A DNA stretch of 64,000 bases from Candidatus Limnocylindria bacterium (GCA_036262075.1 DATAJO010000040.1:2807-66806); one strand, 5' to 3'. Shown: positions 8,264 to 19,117, numbered from the stretch's first letter. Notes: generated from the sequence alone by a model not told the origin. Numbers and translations: made by a program.

Positions 8264-10172
8264 CGCGATCCTCCTGGCGCTCATCGTCGGCGCCATCGCA
8301 GGGGGTGGATTTCCCCGGCTCGCGGAGCTGCGGCTCCGCTGGATCGGCCTCCTCGGCCTCGCCCTCGGGCTGCGCGTCTTCATCGGCCTGTCGCGCGAGC
8401 TCGGCATCGGCCTCGACATCCCCGCCGGCTGGGTCTACATCGCCGCCTATTCGCTGATCTTCGTCTGGCTCTGGGGCAACTGGCGCGTGCCAGGCCTCCA
8501 GATCGCCTCGGTCGGCATCGGCGCCAACATGGTCGCCGTCCTCATCAACGGCGGTCGGATGCCGATCTGGGCCGCCGCCTTCCAGGCGGCGGGGTTCACG
8601 CCCGCCGAGATCGCCAACGACCCGTTCCATTTCCTCCTCCAGGCCGATACGGTCGCCGGCTTCGTGGCCCGCGGCGGGCTCTTCGGCGACGTCATCCCGC
8701 TGCCGCTGCCGGTCATCCGCGACGTCGTCAGCATCGGCGACGTGCTCCTCGCCCTTGGGATCTTCTGGGCCATCGTGTATTCGATGACCCGGCCCGAGGC
8801 GCCATCGCGCTCGGCCTACGTCCTGGGCGGCAACCCCGTCATCCGCCCATCGGGCGCGGCGCTGGCCACGGCCGGCGTGCCGTACACCGATGCGCAGCGC
8901 ATCCCCGGCGACATCGGCCAGGCGGCGTCCGACGTCATGGGGCTGCGACGCCAGTCGCCGTACCTGCGCCTGGCGGCGAACCGGAACTTCTCGCTGCTGT
9001 GGGTCGGCCAGATCGTCAGCCTCCTCGGCGAGCGGATCCACCAGGTGGCCCTCGGCTTCCTCGTCCTGCGCGCCACCGGCTCACCGGTCGAGGTCGGCAT
9101 CACGTTCGCCGCCACGGCCGCGCCGAACATCGTGTTCGGGCCGCTCGCCGGCGCCCTCGTCGACCGCTGGGATCGGCGCCTGACGATGCTCGGCTGCGAC
9201 TTCGCCCGGGCCGGGCTGGTGCTCGCCGTGCCGTTCGCCATCACCGTCCACGTCGGGCTCGTCTACCTCGCCGGCTTCCTCATCGCCACGATCACCCTGC
9301 TGTTCCGCCCGGCGAAGACGGCGCTCATCCCGGAGATCGTCGACGAGCGCGACCTCGTGCCGGCCAACTCGGCCAGCTCGTTCGCCGATGGCGTGGCCGA
9401 CCTCCTCGGCCTGCCGCTGGCCGGCATCGTCGTCGCCTCGCTCGGGTCGCTCGAGCTTGCCTTCGCCGTCGATGCGGCGACCTACGCCCTCTCCGGCCTG
9501 CTCATCGCGTTCATGACCACGCGGCGCTCGGAGCTCGTCGAAACACCGTTCTCGGTCGGCGCGGTGTGGCGCGAGATGGTCGAGGGCTGGCAGTTCCTCA
9601 CCCGCCAGGCCGAGCTGTTCAGCAACACGATCTTCAGCACCGTCGCGCAGCTCGCCGTCGGGGCCGAGATCGTGGCCACCATCCCGTACGCCGGCGACGT
9701 CATCCAGCGCGGCAGCCTGGAGCCGGAGGAGGCCTACGCCTTCATCCTCGCCGCGATCGCCGCCGGCAGCGTCGTCGCGGGGCTGACGTTCGGCGCGGTC
9801 GGCGACCGGGCGCCGAAGGGGCTCGTCGTCATCATCGGCTTCATCGGCATGGGGCTGTCGCTGGCGGCCGCCGGGCTCGTCGACCAGCTGTGGGTGGCGA
9901 TGATCCTGTTCTTCGTCGTCGGCATGACGAACATGCTGTTCATCATCCCGACGATCACCCTGTTCCAGCAGCGAACCCCGGGCCGGCTCATGGGCCGCGT
10001 CGTGTCGAGCCGTCAGGCGCTCGTGTTCGGCGCCATCGCCCTGTCCATGGGCGTGTCGGGCGTCCTGACCGAGGCGATCGGGCCGAGCATGGTGCTCGTC
10101 GTGTTCGGCGCCATCTGCGCCGCCGCCGGCCTGGTCGCCCTCTTCGTCCCGGCGATGCGCACCGCCCGTTAG
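8253..10172 (+). CDS. Fusion protein: N-terminal DUF5317-like membrane domain + MFS transporter (EntS/enterobactin-exporter-like)
   Basis: 639-aa uninterrupted ORF overlapping the HD-GYP stop by 11 nt. Residues 1-~180 form a 5-6 TM domain resembling DUF5317, a family typically adjacent to 7TM-HD genes. From ~residue 230 (MGLRRQSPYLRLAANRNFSLLWVGQIVSLLGERIHQVALGFLVL...DRWDRR) it is a 12-TM MFS transporter. No in-frame stop separates the two parts. Confidence 0.8.
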   Translation: MFLSAILLALIVGAIAGGGFPRLAELRLRWIGLLGLALGLRVFIGLSRELGIGLDIPAGWVYIAAYSLIFVWLWGNWRVPGLQIASVGIGANMVAVLINGGRMPIWAAAFQAAGFTPAEIANDPFHFLLQADTVAGFVARGGLFGDVIPLPLPVIRDVVSIGDVLLALGIFWAIVYSMTRPEAPSRSAYVLGGNPVIRPSGAALATAGVPYTDAQRIPGDIGQAASDVMGLRRQSPYLRLAANRNFSLLWVGQIVSLLGERIHQVALGFLVLRATGSPVEVGITFAATAAPNIVFGPLAGALVDRWDRRLTMLGCDFARAGLVLAVPFAITVHVGLVYLAGFLIATITLLFRPAKTALIPEIVDERDLVPANSASSFADGVADLLGLPLAGIVVASLGSLELAFAVDAATYALSGLLIAFMTTRRSELVETPFSVGAVWREMVEGWQFLTRQAELFSNTIFSTVAQLAVGAEIVATIPYAGDVIQRGSLEPEEAYAFILAAIAAGSVVAGLTFGAVGDRAPKGLVVIIGFIGMGLSLAAAGLVDQLWVAMILFFVVGMTNMLFIIPTITLFQQRTPGRLMGRVVSSRQALVFGAIALSMGVSGVLTEAIGPSMVLVVFGAICAAAGLVALFVPAMRTAR

Positions 10173-10200
10173 ACGGGCGATCTGCTACCCTTCCGCCGCC

Positions 10201-10440
10201 GTGGGACTCATCCTCGACCTCGCGGTGACCGCGATCGCGGCGGTCGTCGTCGGCTCCCTCGCGCTCCTCGCCTGGACGCTCGGAGTGAGCAGCGTGCGCT
10301 CGGTCCGACGCGCGCGGCGTGACGTCGCCATGGCGCGAGCGACGGTCGGGCGGGCGGAGGCGCGCATGACGGCGCTGGCCCGGGCGGCACGGGCCGACGG
10401 CCAGCCAGACCAGGACGGAGAAGAGCAGACCGAGGCATGA
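10201..10440 (+). CDS. Small hypothetical membrane protein (79 aa)
   Basis: N-terminal TM helix (ILDLAVTAIAAVVVGSLALLAWTLGV). Stop overlaps the next ORF start (ATGA at 10437-10440). Confidence 0.35.
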   Translation: MGLILDLAVTAIAAVVVGSLALLAWTLGVSSVRSVRRARRDVAMARATVGRAEARMTALARAARADGQPDQDGEEQTEA

Positions 10441-10760
10441 CGAGCAGCAACGATCCGCAGCGCCCGACCGGCTATCGCGGCGCGCTTCCCGAGCGCGACG
10501 ACCGCCTGGCCAGGGCGTGGGTCCTGGCGGTCATCGCGATCTTCGTGCTCATCTTCGTCCTCGCCTTCCTCGAGGTCCCGTCGCGCTTCGTGCCCGACCC
10601 GACGCCGGTCCCCACGCCCTCGGCGAGCGCCGCGCCATCGGAGGAGGCATCCGCGGACGCGTCGGCGGAGCCATCGGCCGCCGAATCGGCCGATGCGGAC
10701 GCGAGCGCCGGCGCGAGCGCATCGGCTTCGGCCTCCGCGGAGGCATCGGCCGCGCCGTAG
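10437..10760 (+). CDS. Small hypothetical membrane protein with Ala/Ser/Glu-rich low-complexity tail (107 aa)
   Basis: One TM helix (WVLAVIAIFVLIFVLAFL), then a PTPVPTPSASAAPSEEASADASAEPSAAESADADASAGASASASA tail. Coupled to the preceding small ORF. Confidence 0.4.
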   Translation: MTSSNDPQRPTGYRGALPERDDRLARAWVLAVIAIFVLIFVLAFLEVPSRFVPDPTPVPTPSASAAPSEEASADASAEPSAAESADADASAGASASASASAEASAAP

Positions 10761-10791
10761 CGCCGAACCTTCCCGGCGGGCAGGCGGCCGT

Positions 10792-10820
10792 TTGTACGGT
10801 TAGCGAACGCCGCCTATACT
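10792..10820 (+). promoter_or_regulatory. Sigma-70-type promoter TTGTAC-N17-TATACT upstream of the sigma-54 activator gene
   Basis: Read directly: TTGTAC 10792-10797, 17-nt spacer, TATACT 10815-10820. SD GAGG at 10891-10894, 7 nt before the GTG at 10902. Confidence 0.4.
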
Positions 10821-10901
10821 CGGCCTCGTGCCCCCCGGGCAGCTGCCATCACGCCGGGCCACCTTCCACCGCCGAGCACCCCATTACCCGAGGTTTCCCG
10901 A

Positions 10902-12365
<1,464 letters not shown>

Positions 12366-12711
12366 GGCCCGCGCCACGGTGGCGTGACCGATCTATCGGC
12401 CAGATCGCACCGGAGCCCGAGTCCCTGCGGCATTTGGCCGATCCATCGGTCACCGAGCCCACGCCCCCGGCACGCGATCGCCGAAAGCGTCCGCGAAGGC
12501 CGGCTCCAGCTGGATTTCGGCGATACATCGCCGCCAACAGCATGAGCGCCACGGCTCGCAGGTGTAATGCCATTGGACGCGATGGGCGCCGTCCGCGCCC
12601 CGCCGGAGCCGACCGACGGCTGGGGTGTTGTGCAGTGTCGTTACAATCCGTTGCACATGGGAATAGCGCCATGCCACGCCCGGCGCCCGATGACGATGGA
12701 GGACTGGCGAC

Positions 12712-14043
12712 ATGCAACGGCAACGGCATTCAGCTCCAGGCGCTGCCCTCGCGTTCATCCTGGTCTTCGCCCTGAGCGCGTGCGGGACGACGACGACGTC
12801 ACCCTCGTCGGACGCGGCGTCGGAAGCGCCTCCGCCGGGCAGCGAGGCGCCCGAGTCCCAGGCGCCGGCCTCCGCCGCCGCCCCGACTGGCGACCCGATC
12901 GTCATCGGCTCGACCCTGTCGTTGACCGGTCCCTTCGCCGCCACGGCAGGCCTGCACCAGATCGCGGGCGAGATGTTCGTGGAGCGACTGAACGCGTCGG
13001 GCGGCCTGCTCGGACGGCCCGTGGAGTGGCAGCTGCTCGACGACGAGTCGGTGCAGGAGAACGTCGGGCCGCTCTACGACCGGCTCATCACGCAGGAGGG
13101 CGTCGACCTCATCATCGGTCCGTACGCGACCCCGAACATCATCGCCGCCATGGGCGCCGCGGAGCGCCACGGGTACGTGATGCCCCAGCACACCGCCGTT
13201 CATGCGCTGCTCATGACATACGAGTGCCAGTTCCCGGCGTGGTCGCTCGGCCCCGAGCCGAACGTGTTCATGCCGAACGAGCTGTTCGACGCGCTCGAGA
13301 CCCTCGACAACCCGCCGGAGTCGATCGTGGCGGTCACGAACGCCGGCGGATCGACCGACTTCATCACCCGCGGCCTGGCGGACGACCCGGATGATCCGGG
13401 CCTGCTGGCGATCGCGGAGGAGCGCGGCATCGAGGTCCTGGCCGACATCCCGTACCCGCCGGGCAACGCCGAGTGGGGACCGATCGCGCAGCAGGTGGCC
13501 GACGCGAATCCGGATGCCGTGATCATGAACTCGCTCGGCATCGAATCGGCGAGCCTGATCGAGGCGATGGAGCAGCTCGACTACCGGCCGCCGATCATGT
13601 TCAGCCTCTTCCCGGCCCCCGGACCGCTGCTCGGTCTCGGCGAGGCGGCCGATGGGCACCTTTCGGTCTCGGTGTTCGAGCCGAACGAGTCGCTCATCGA
13701 CGCCAAGGGCGACGAGGTGCGTGCCATCGTCGAGGAGTTCCAGTCCCGTGCCGAGGAGGCCGGCCTGCCGTACACCGCGTTCGAGACGCAGGCCACCAGC
13801 TCGTGGACGGCGTGGGAGATCCTGGCCGCCGGCGTCGAGGCCGCCGGGAGCCTCGACCAGGAAGCCATCTGCGACGCGCTGCACACCGACGGCGCCGACA
13901 CGACGTTCCACGGCCACCTCACCTTCGACCCGGACGACAACAACTTCTGGCCGAGTGACCAGGGGATCAAGCAGATCCAGGACGGTGACTGGGTGATGGT
14001 CTGGCCGGAAGACATCGCGGCGGCCGAGCTCCGCGGGCCGTAG
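12712..14043 (+). CDS. ABC transporter substrate-binding lipoprotein, branched-chain amino acid (LivJ/LivK) family
   Basis: Lipoprotein signal with lipobox (FALSAC), a Ser/Pro/Ala-rich linker, then a periplasmic-binding-protein type I fold typical of Leu/Ile/Val-binding proteins (IVIGSTLSLTGPFAATAG...). Confidence 0.88.
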   Translation: MQRQRHSAPGAALAFILVFALSACGTTTTSPSSDAASEAPPPGSEAPESQAPASAAAPTGDPIVIGSTLSLTGPFAATAGLHQIAGEMFVERLNASGGLLGRPVEWQLLDDESVQENVGPLYDRLITQEGVDLIIGPYATPNIIAAMGAAERHGYVMPQHTAVHALLMTYECQFPAWSLGPEPNVFMPNELFDALETLDNPPESIVAVTNAGGSTDFITRGLADDPDDPGLLAIAEERGIEVLADIPYPPGNAEWGPIAQQVADANPDAVIMNSLGIESASLIEAMEQLDYRPPIMFSLFPAPGPLLGLGEAADGHLSVSVFEPNESLIDAKGDEVRAIVEEFQSRAEEAGLPYTAFETQATSSWTAWEILAAGVEAAGSLDQEAICDALHTDGADTTFHGHLTFDPDDNNFWPSDQGIKQIQDGDWVMVWPEDIAAAELRGP

Positions 14044-14124
14044 CCGATCTGATCCCGGCGTGATCCCGCAGCACGACCCTCCGGCGACCACTGCCGGAGG
14101 GTCGTCGCGCACTTCCCGGTCGAC

Positions 14125-15006
14125 GTGATCTTCGTCCAGGCGGCCCTCACCGGCGTCCTCGTCGGCGGGCTCTACGCCCTCATGGCGATCGGCATGTCGC
14201 TCGCCTGGGGCATGCTGCGTGTCATCAACCTGGCCCACTTCGGGCTCATCCTGTTCAGCGCCTACCTCACCTACGCGCTGACCACCGACGTCGGGCTGGA
14301 CCCGCTGCTCACCGTCGTCGTGACGGTGCCGGTGACGTTCCTCATCGGTGCGGCCATCCAGTGGGGCTACCAGCGCTTCGCCGTCAGCGAGCTCAGCTCG
14401 CTGCTCGTCAGCTTCGGGTTGCTGATCATGGGCATCCAGCTCATCAGCAATGTCTGGAAGGCCGACTTCCGGCGCCTGGCGGCCGACGTGAACCCGTACG
14501 CCACGGGCTCGCTGACGATCGGTCCGCTCGTCTTCCCGATGCCGACGCTCATCGCGTCGGTCGCGGCCGTGACCCTCGTCGTGCTCATCCACCTCGTCCT
14601 CGCCCGCACCTACGTCGGCCGGGCGCTGCGCGCCTTCGCCGAGGACCCGCCGATCGCCGCGGCGTTCGGGATCGACCATCGGCGGCTGGGCGTGCTCCTC
14701 GGCGGGGCGGCCGGAGCGACGGCGGCGGTGGCAGGCACACTGTTCGCCATCGGCTGGTCGCTCACGCCGTCCACCGCGTTCGAGTGGTTCGGCGTGGTGT
14801 TCGCCGTCGTCATCCTCGGCGGCATCGGCAACGTCCTCGGAACGCTCCTCGCCGGCGCACTGGTCGGCGGCATCGCCGGCGTGATGACGATCGCCTGGTC
14901 GTCGGTGGCCGCACCGGTGGTCGTCTACTCGCTCGTCGTCCTGGCGCTCCTGTTCAGACCGAACGGGCTGCTGCCACGGCGCGGTGGCCATGGAGGACAC
15001 CGATGA
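14125..15006 (+). CDS. Branched-chain amino acid ABC transporter permease, LivH family
   Basis: 293-aa polytopic membrane protein (LTGVLVGGLYALMAIGMSLAWGMLRVINLAHFG...). Stop overlaps the next start (ATGA). Confidence 0.9.
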   Translation: MIFVQAALTGVLVGGLYALMAIGMSLAWGMLRVINLAHFGLILFSAYLTYALTTDVGLDPLLTVVVTVPVTFLIGAAIQWGYQRFAVSELSSLLVSFGLLIMGIQLISNVWKADFRRLAADVNPYATGSLTIGPLVFPMPTLIASVAAVTLVVLIHLVLARTYVGRALRAFAEDPPIAAAFGIDHRRLGVLLGGAAGATAAVAGTLFAIGWSLTPSTAFEWFGVVFAVVILGGIGNVLGTLLAGALVGGIAGVMTIAWSSVAAPVVVYSLVVLALLFRPNGLLPRRGGHGGHR

Positions 15007-17045
15007 TCTGGCGCGGCCTTGCCGGCATCGGCCTGGCAGTCGTCGGCCTGGCGGTGCTTCCCTGGGTGCGGGAGGCGCTCGACCTGCCAGTCTTCCTGCT
15101 CGCCTTCGGCACGCTCGTCCTGACGTGGACCGCCCTTGCGACGAGCTGGAACATCCTGTCCGGGTACAGCGGCTACTTCAGCTTCGGGCAGGGCGGGTTC
15201 TACGGGGTCGGGCTGTACACCACGGCCGTCCTGACCGGTCGCCACGAGTGGAACTTCCTGGCGACGGTGCCACTGGCGGGACTCGTGGCCGCGGTGCTCG
15301 GGCTGCTCGTGGGCATCGTCGCGTTCCGCCTCCGCACGCTGTCGGGCGAGGTGTTCGCGCTCCTGACCCTGGCCGTGCCGTTCATCGTTGCGCCGATCGC
15401 GCGCCTCAACCCGTCGATCGACGGCGGCCAGGGCATCACCGTCCCGGTGCCCGAGATCCCCGAACCGTTGAACGGGTTCCAGGACCTCTCGTTCCTCCTG
15501 TCGCTGGCGATCGCCGCGATCGCGGTCGTGGTCGCCTACGTCGCCCAGCGCACCCGGCTGGGCTGGGGCCTGTTCGCCATCCGCGACGCCGAGGGCGTGG
15601 CCGAGGGCCTCGGCGTCCCGACCTTCCGGAGCAAGATGGTCGCGATCGCCATCACCGCCGGCATCGCGGGCATGGCCGGCAGCGTGGGGGCCATCCAGGT
15701 CGGCTACGTGACGGTCGAGGGCACGTTCAACCTCCAGGTGCCACTGTTCGTCATCGTCATGAGCGTCCTCGGCGGACGGCTGCACTGGCTCGGGCCGGCG
15801 GTGGGCGCGTTGTTCATCGTCACGCTCCGGGATCGCCTGGCGACGAGCGGCTTCGAGGGCTCCAGCCTCATCGTCCTCGGAGCGATCCTCGTCGTGTTCG
15901 TCGTCCTCGCCCCGGAAGGCCTCGTCCCGAGGATGCGCCGCCGGCTCGTCCCGGTCCTCGTCACCGTCGCGGGCGTGGTCGCGCTGCTCGTGGTCACCGG
16001 GCTGCGCCAGGACCCGGTCGACTGGCTGGCGCTCGGCCTGCTCGCCGGGGCCGTCGTCGCGTTCCTGCCGGGCATCCGGCGCCGGGCGAGCGGCGAAGTC
16101 GAGCCGGTCGGACCGCCCGTGGCCGAAGGTGAACCCGCCGAAGGTGAACCCGCCGAAGGTGAACCCACCGAAGGTGAACCCACCGCGGACGAGCCGGCCG
16201 CCGCGCCCGGCGTGCTTCCGGCTGAGGCCACCGAGGCGACCGACGCGACCGCATCCCAGAGGGGGCCAACCCGCGAGCCGATCGTCGTGGCCACCGACCT
16301 CACGAAGCAGTTCGGTGGCGTCCGCGCGCTCCACGGCGTGTCGCTGACCGTCGCCGAGGGCGAGCTCATCGGCCTGGTGGGACCGAACGGGTCGGGCAAG
16401 ACGACGCTCGTCAATCTCCTGTCGGGCCTTCTCCGCCCGTCGAGCGGCTCGATCTCCGTCGGCGGCGTCGACATCGTCGGCCTGCCGCCGCACCGGATCG
16501 CCCATGCCGCCGTGGCGCGGACGTACCAGATCCCGCGGCCCTTCGCCTCGATGACGGTCCGCGACAACGTCGCGATCGCGATCATGTTCGGCCGCTCCCC
16601 GACGGACCTCGAGTCCGCCCGGGCCGCGGCGGAGGAGCACCTCGCCCTCGTCGGACTGGCCCACCTTGCCGATGCGCTCCCCGGCGAGATCAACCTCCAC
16701 GAGCGCCAGCTGCTCGAGATGGCCCGAGCGCTCGCCACGCGACCGCGCGTCCTCCTCCTCGACGAGGCGCTCGCCGGCCTCAACCCGGTCGAGGTCGACA
16801 ACGCGGTCGGGGTCGTGCGCCGGATCCACGCCTCCGGCGTGGCGATCGTCCTCGTCGAGCACCTGCTGCGGGTCGTGAACCAGCTTGCCACACGGATCGT
16901 CGTCCTCGACCACGGCCGCATCCTGGCCGAGGGCGACCCGGCCAGCGTGATGTCCGATCCCGAGGTCATCCGGGCCTACCTCGGCCGCCGCGCCGCCGGC
17001 CGGTCCGAGCCGGCGTACGAGCAGCGAGGGCTGGCCGATGCTTGA
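15003..17045 (+). CDS. Fused LivM-family permease + LivG-family ATP-binding protein (single 680-aa polypeptide)
   Basis: N-terminal ~340 aa is a LivM-type permease. C-terminal ~250 aa is an ABC ATPase (Walker A GPNGSGKTT, signature/Q-loop region, Walker B LLLDE, H-loop). The two halves are joined by a Pro/Glu-rich linker containing (EGEPA)2(EGEPT)2. There is no stop between the halves. Confidence 0.85.
   Translation: MIWRGLAGIGLAVVGLAVLPWVREALDLPVFLLAFGTLVLTWTALATSWNILSGYSGYFSFGQGGFYGVGLYTTAVLTGRHEWNFLATVPLAGLVAAVLGLLVGIVAFRLRTLSGEVFALLTLAVPFIVAPIARLNPSIDGGQGITVPVPEIPEPLNGFQDLSFLLSLAIAAIAVVVAYVAQRTRLGWGLFAIRDAEGVAEGLGVPTFRSKMVAIAITAGIAGMAGSVGAIQVGYVTVEGTFNLQVPLFVIVMSVLGGRLHWLGPAVGALFIVTLRDRLATSGFEGSSLIVLGAILVVFVVLAPEGLVPRMRRRLVPVLVTVAGVVALLVVTGLRQDPVDWLALGLLAGAVVAFLPGIRRRASGEVEPVGPPVAEGEPAEGEPAEGEPTEGEPTADEPAAAPGVLPAEATEATDATASQRGPTREPIVVATDLTKQFGGVRALHGVSLTVAEGELIGLVGPNGSGKTTLVNLLSGLLRPSSGSISVGGVDIVGLPPHRIAHAAVARTYQIPRPFASMTVRDNVAIAIMFGRSPTDLESARAAAEEHLALVGLAHLADALPGEINLHERQLLEMARALATRPRVLLLDEALAGLNPVEVDNAVGVVRRIHASGVAIVLVEHLLRVVNQLATRIVVLDHGRILAEGDPASVMSDPEVIRAYLGRRAAGRSEPAYEQRGLADA
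16125..16184 (+). repeat. Perfect/near-perfect 15-bp tandem repeat x4 (GAAGGTGAACCCRCC) inside the permease-ATPase linker
   Basis: Read directly: gaaggtgaacccgcc x2 then gaaggtgaacccacc x2. In-frame (15 = 5 codons), so copy number can vary without frameshift. Confidence 0.9.
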
Positions 17046-17745
17046 GGCGCTCGGCGTGGACGTCTTCTACGGCGAGGCGCAGGCCCTGAGGAGCCTGGAT
17101 CTCGCGGCGGCCGACGGCGAGATCGTCTGCATCGTCGGACCGAACGGGGCCGGCAAGACGACGCTCGTCCAGGCGATCGCCGGCATGCTGCCCGTGGCCC
17201 GCGGCTCGATCCGGGTGGGTGGGACCGAGGTGGCCGGGCTGCCGGCGCACCTCGTGTGCCGTTCGGGCGTGGCGATCGTGCCGGAGGGCCGGCGCATCTT
17301 CCCGGGCATGACGGTGGCGGACAACCTCGACCTCGGCGCGTACCGCTCCGACGCTCGCGCCCATCGCGACGCCTCGCTCGCCTGGGTCCACGAGCTGTTC
17401 CCGCGGCTGCGCGAGCGCGCGACGCAGCTGGCGGGCTCGCTGAGCGGTGGCGAGCAGCAGATGCTGGCGATCGGCCGAGCCCTCATGGCCCGACCTCGAC
17501 TGCTCCTCATGGACGAGCCGTCACTGGGACTGGCACCGGTCGTGGTCGACGGCGTCTTCGACGTCATCACCGAGATCAACCGCGCCGGGGTGACGGTCCT
17601 GCTCGTCGAGCAGAACGTGGAGCGTGCGCTCGAGATCGCGTCGCGCGGCTACGTCCTGGCCGAGGGCCGGATCGCGATGGCGGGCACGTCGGCCGAGCTG
17701 CTCGCGGACGCCGAGCTGCGACGGACGGTGCTCGGCGTGACCTAG
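17038..17745 (+). CDS. Branched-chain amino acid ABC transporter ATP-binding protein, LivF family
   Basis: Walker A GPNGAGKTT, signature LSGGEQQML, Walker B LLLMDEP. Overlaps the upstream gene by 8 nt. Confidence 0.9.
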   Translation: MLEALGVDVFYGEAQALRSLDLAAADGEIVCIVGPNGAGKTTLVQAIAGMLPVARGSIRVGGTEVAGLPAHLVCRSGVAIVPEGRRIFPGMTVADNLDLGAYRSDARAHRDASLAWVHELFPRLRERATQLAGSLSGGEQQMLAIGRALMARPRLLLMDEPSLGLAPVVVDGVFDVITEINRAGVTVLLVEQNVERALEIASRGYVLAEGRIAMAGTSAELLADAELRRTVLGVT

Positions 17746-18425
17746 CGCTCCTCGCGGGAGGTTCCCTGCTCCGGGAAGTGGATTCGGAGCGTCGTATCGT
17801 GGTCGTCCCGCCCGAGGACGAACCAGATGGCGTGGACCGGCACGTCACCCACGTTCTCGAGCCGGTGCGGCGTCGTCGAGTCGAGGGACACCGCGTCGCC
17901 GGCCTCCAGGACGTACTCCCGGAAGCCGATCGTGACCTTCAGCGTGCCCGACAGGACGTAGCCCCACTCGTGGCCCGCGTGCCGCTGGTACGCATCGGCC
18001 GCAGACGACGCCCCGCCGACCTCGTAGACCACGTGCAGGAACTCGGTGCCCGGCTCGGAGGTCGTGGTCAGCCGTTGCCACAGGACGCCCGAGGCGAGGC
18101 GGATGCGCTGCCGGTCGGTGGCGCGCTGAATCGGTCCGCCGGGCGCGTTGCTCTGGGCTCGATCGGTTCCACGCCGATCGCTGAACAGCAGCTCGTCGAG
18201 CGAGAGGTCGAGCTCCGCCACGAGGGCGTACAGCGTCGAGACCGACGGGTTCGCCCGCCCGCGCTCGATCTGCGAGATGAGGCTGGCACTCAACCCGAGG
18301 CGCCCGGCGACGTCGCGCAGCGAGAGCCCGAGCTCCTGGCGGCGCGCGCGAAGCCGGTCGCCGATCTCGGGATAGTCCGGGCGGCTGACGCGGAGCGCGG
18401 GTCCCTCGACCTCCGGATCGGTCAC
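17742..18425 (-). CDS. XRE-family HTH transcriptional regulator with C-terminal cupin domain
   Basis: N-terminal HTH (LRARRQELGLSLRDVAGRLGLSASLISQIERGRANPSVSTLYALVAEL); C-terminal cupin beta-barrel (GHEWGYVLSGTLKVTIG...EYVLEAGDAVSLDSTTPHRLENVGD). Confidence 0.85.
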   Translation of the reverse strand: MTDPEVEGPALRVSRPDYPEIGDRLRARRQELGLSLRDVAGRLGLSASLISQIERGRANPSVSTLYALVAELDLSLDELLFSDRRGTDRAQSNAPGGPIQRATDRQRIRLASGVLWQRLTTTSEPGTEFLHVVYEVGGASSAADAYQRHAGHEWGYVLSGTLKVTIGFREYVLEAGDAVSLDSTTPHRLENVGDVPVHAIWFVLGRDDHDTTLRIHFPEQGTSREER

Positions 18426-19117
18426 GTGGTCATCCAGCCGCCGTCCACCCGCAGGTCGAGTCCGTTCACCGCCGGATTCTCGAGCAGGAACCGAACGGCA
18501 TCGACGATGTCGGCCATCCGTGCGAGGCGCTTCGTCGGCGTGCGCGCGAGGATGTGGTCGAGCGGCTTGTTCTCCCAGAACGGGCTGTCACCCACGATGC
18601 CGGGGTGGATGGCGTTGACCCGGATCGGCGCCAGCTCCCACACGAGCGTGCGGACCATGCCGCTGACGCCGCCGTTCACCGTGGTGACGGTCGTGGATCC
18701 CGGATACGGCCGATCCTTGGCGAGCCCGCCGAACATGACGATCGAGCTCTCCGAACCGAGCCGATCGATGAGGCTGTGCACGACCTCGGTGTAGCCGATG
18801 AGCTTGAGCGTCACGAGCCGGCGCGCGCGCTCGATCGAGTACTCCGCGACCCGGTTGTCGTCCCGGTCGATGGCCACCACGACGAGGTGCTTCACCGGCC
18901 CGACCGAAGCCAGCGCCTCACCGATGCGCTCCGGCTCGGTGAGGTCGAGCGCCAGCCCTCGCGTCCGCCCGCCGATCTCGCCGGCCGCCTCCTCCGCGCG
19001 TTCGGCCTCGCGGGCGGTGATGACGACCTCGTCGCCGGCATCGGCGTAGTGCTGTGCGATCTCGCGGCCGATGCCGCGATTCCCCCCGACGACGACGACG
19101 CAGCCTTCGGCGGCCAT
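18422..19117 (-). CDS. SDR-family short-chain dehydrogenase/reductase
   Basis: Gly-rich NAD(P)-binding motif VVVGGNRGIGREIA, SDR-type central region and C-terminal NAVNGLDLRVDGG. Confidence 0.88.
   Translation of the reverse strand: MAAEGCVVVVGGNRGIGREIAQHYADAGDEVVITAREAERAEEAAGEIGGRTRGLALDLTEPERIGEALASVGPVKHLVVVAIDRDDNRVAEYSIERARRLVTLKLIGYTEVVHSLIDRLGSESSIVMFGGLAKDRPYPGSTTVTTVNGGVSGMVRTLVWELAPIRVNAIHPGIVGDSPFWENKPLDHILARTPTKRLARMADIVDAVRFLLENPAVNGLDLRVDGGWMTT

Noticed and set aside
12366-12711. A sigma-54 (-24/-12) promoter upstream of the Liv-type operon, driven by the adjacent NtrC-like activator.
   Set aside because: The TGG/TGC spacings present (tggggtgttgtgca, ttgcacatgg, tggcatggcgc on the other strand) do not fit the GG-N10-GC geometry. 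Only a weak sigma-70-like TACAAT (12641-12646) with a poor -35 is visible.
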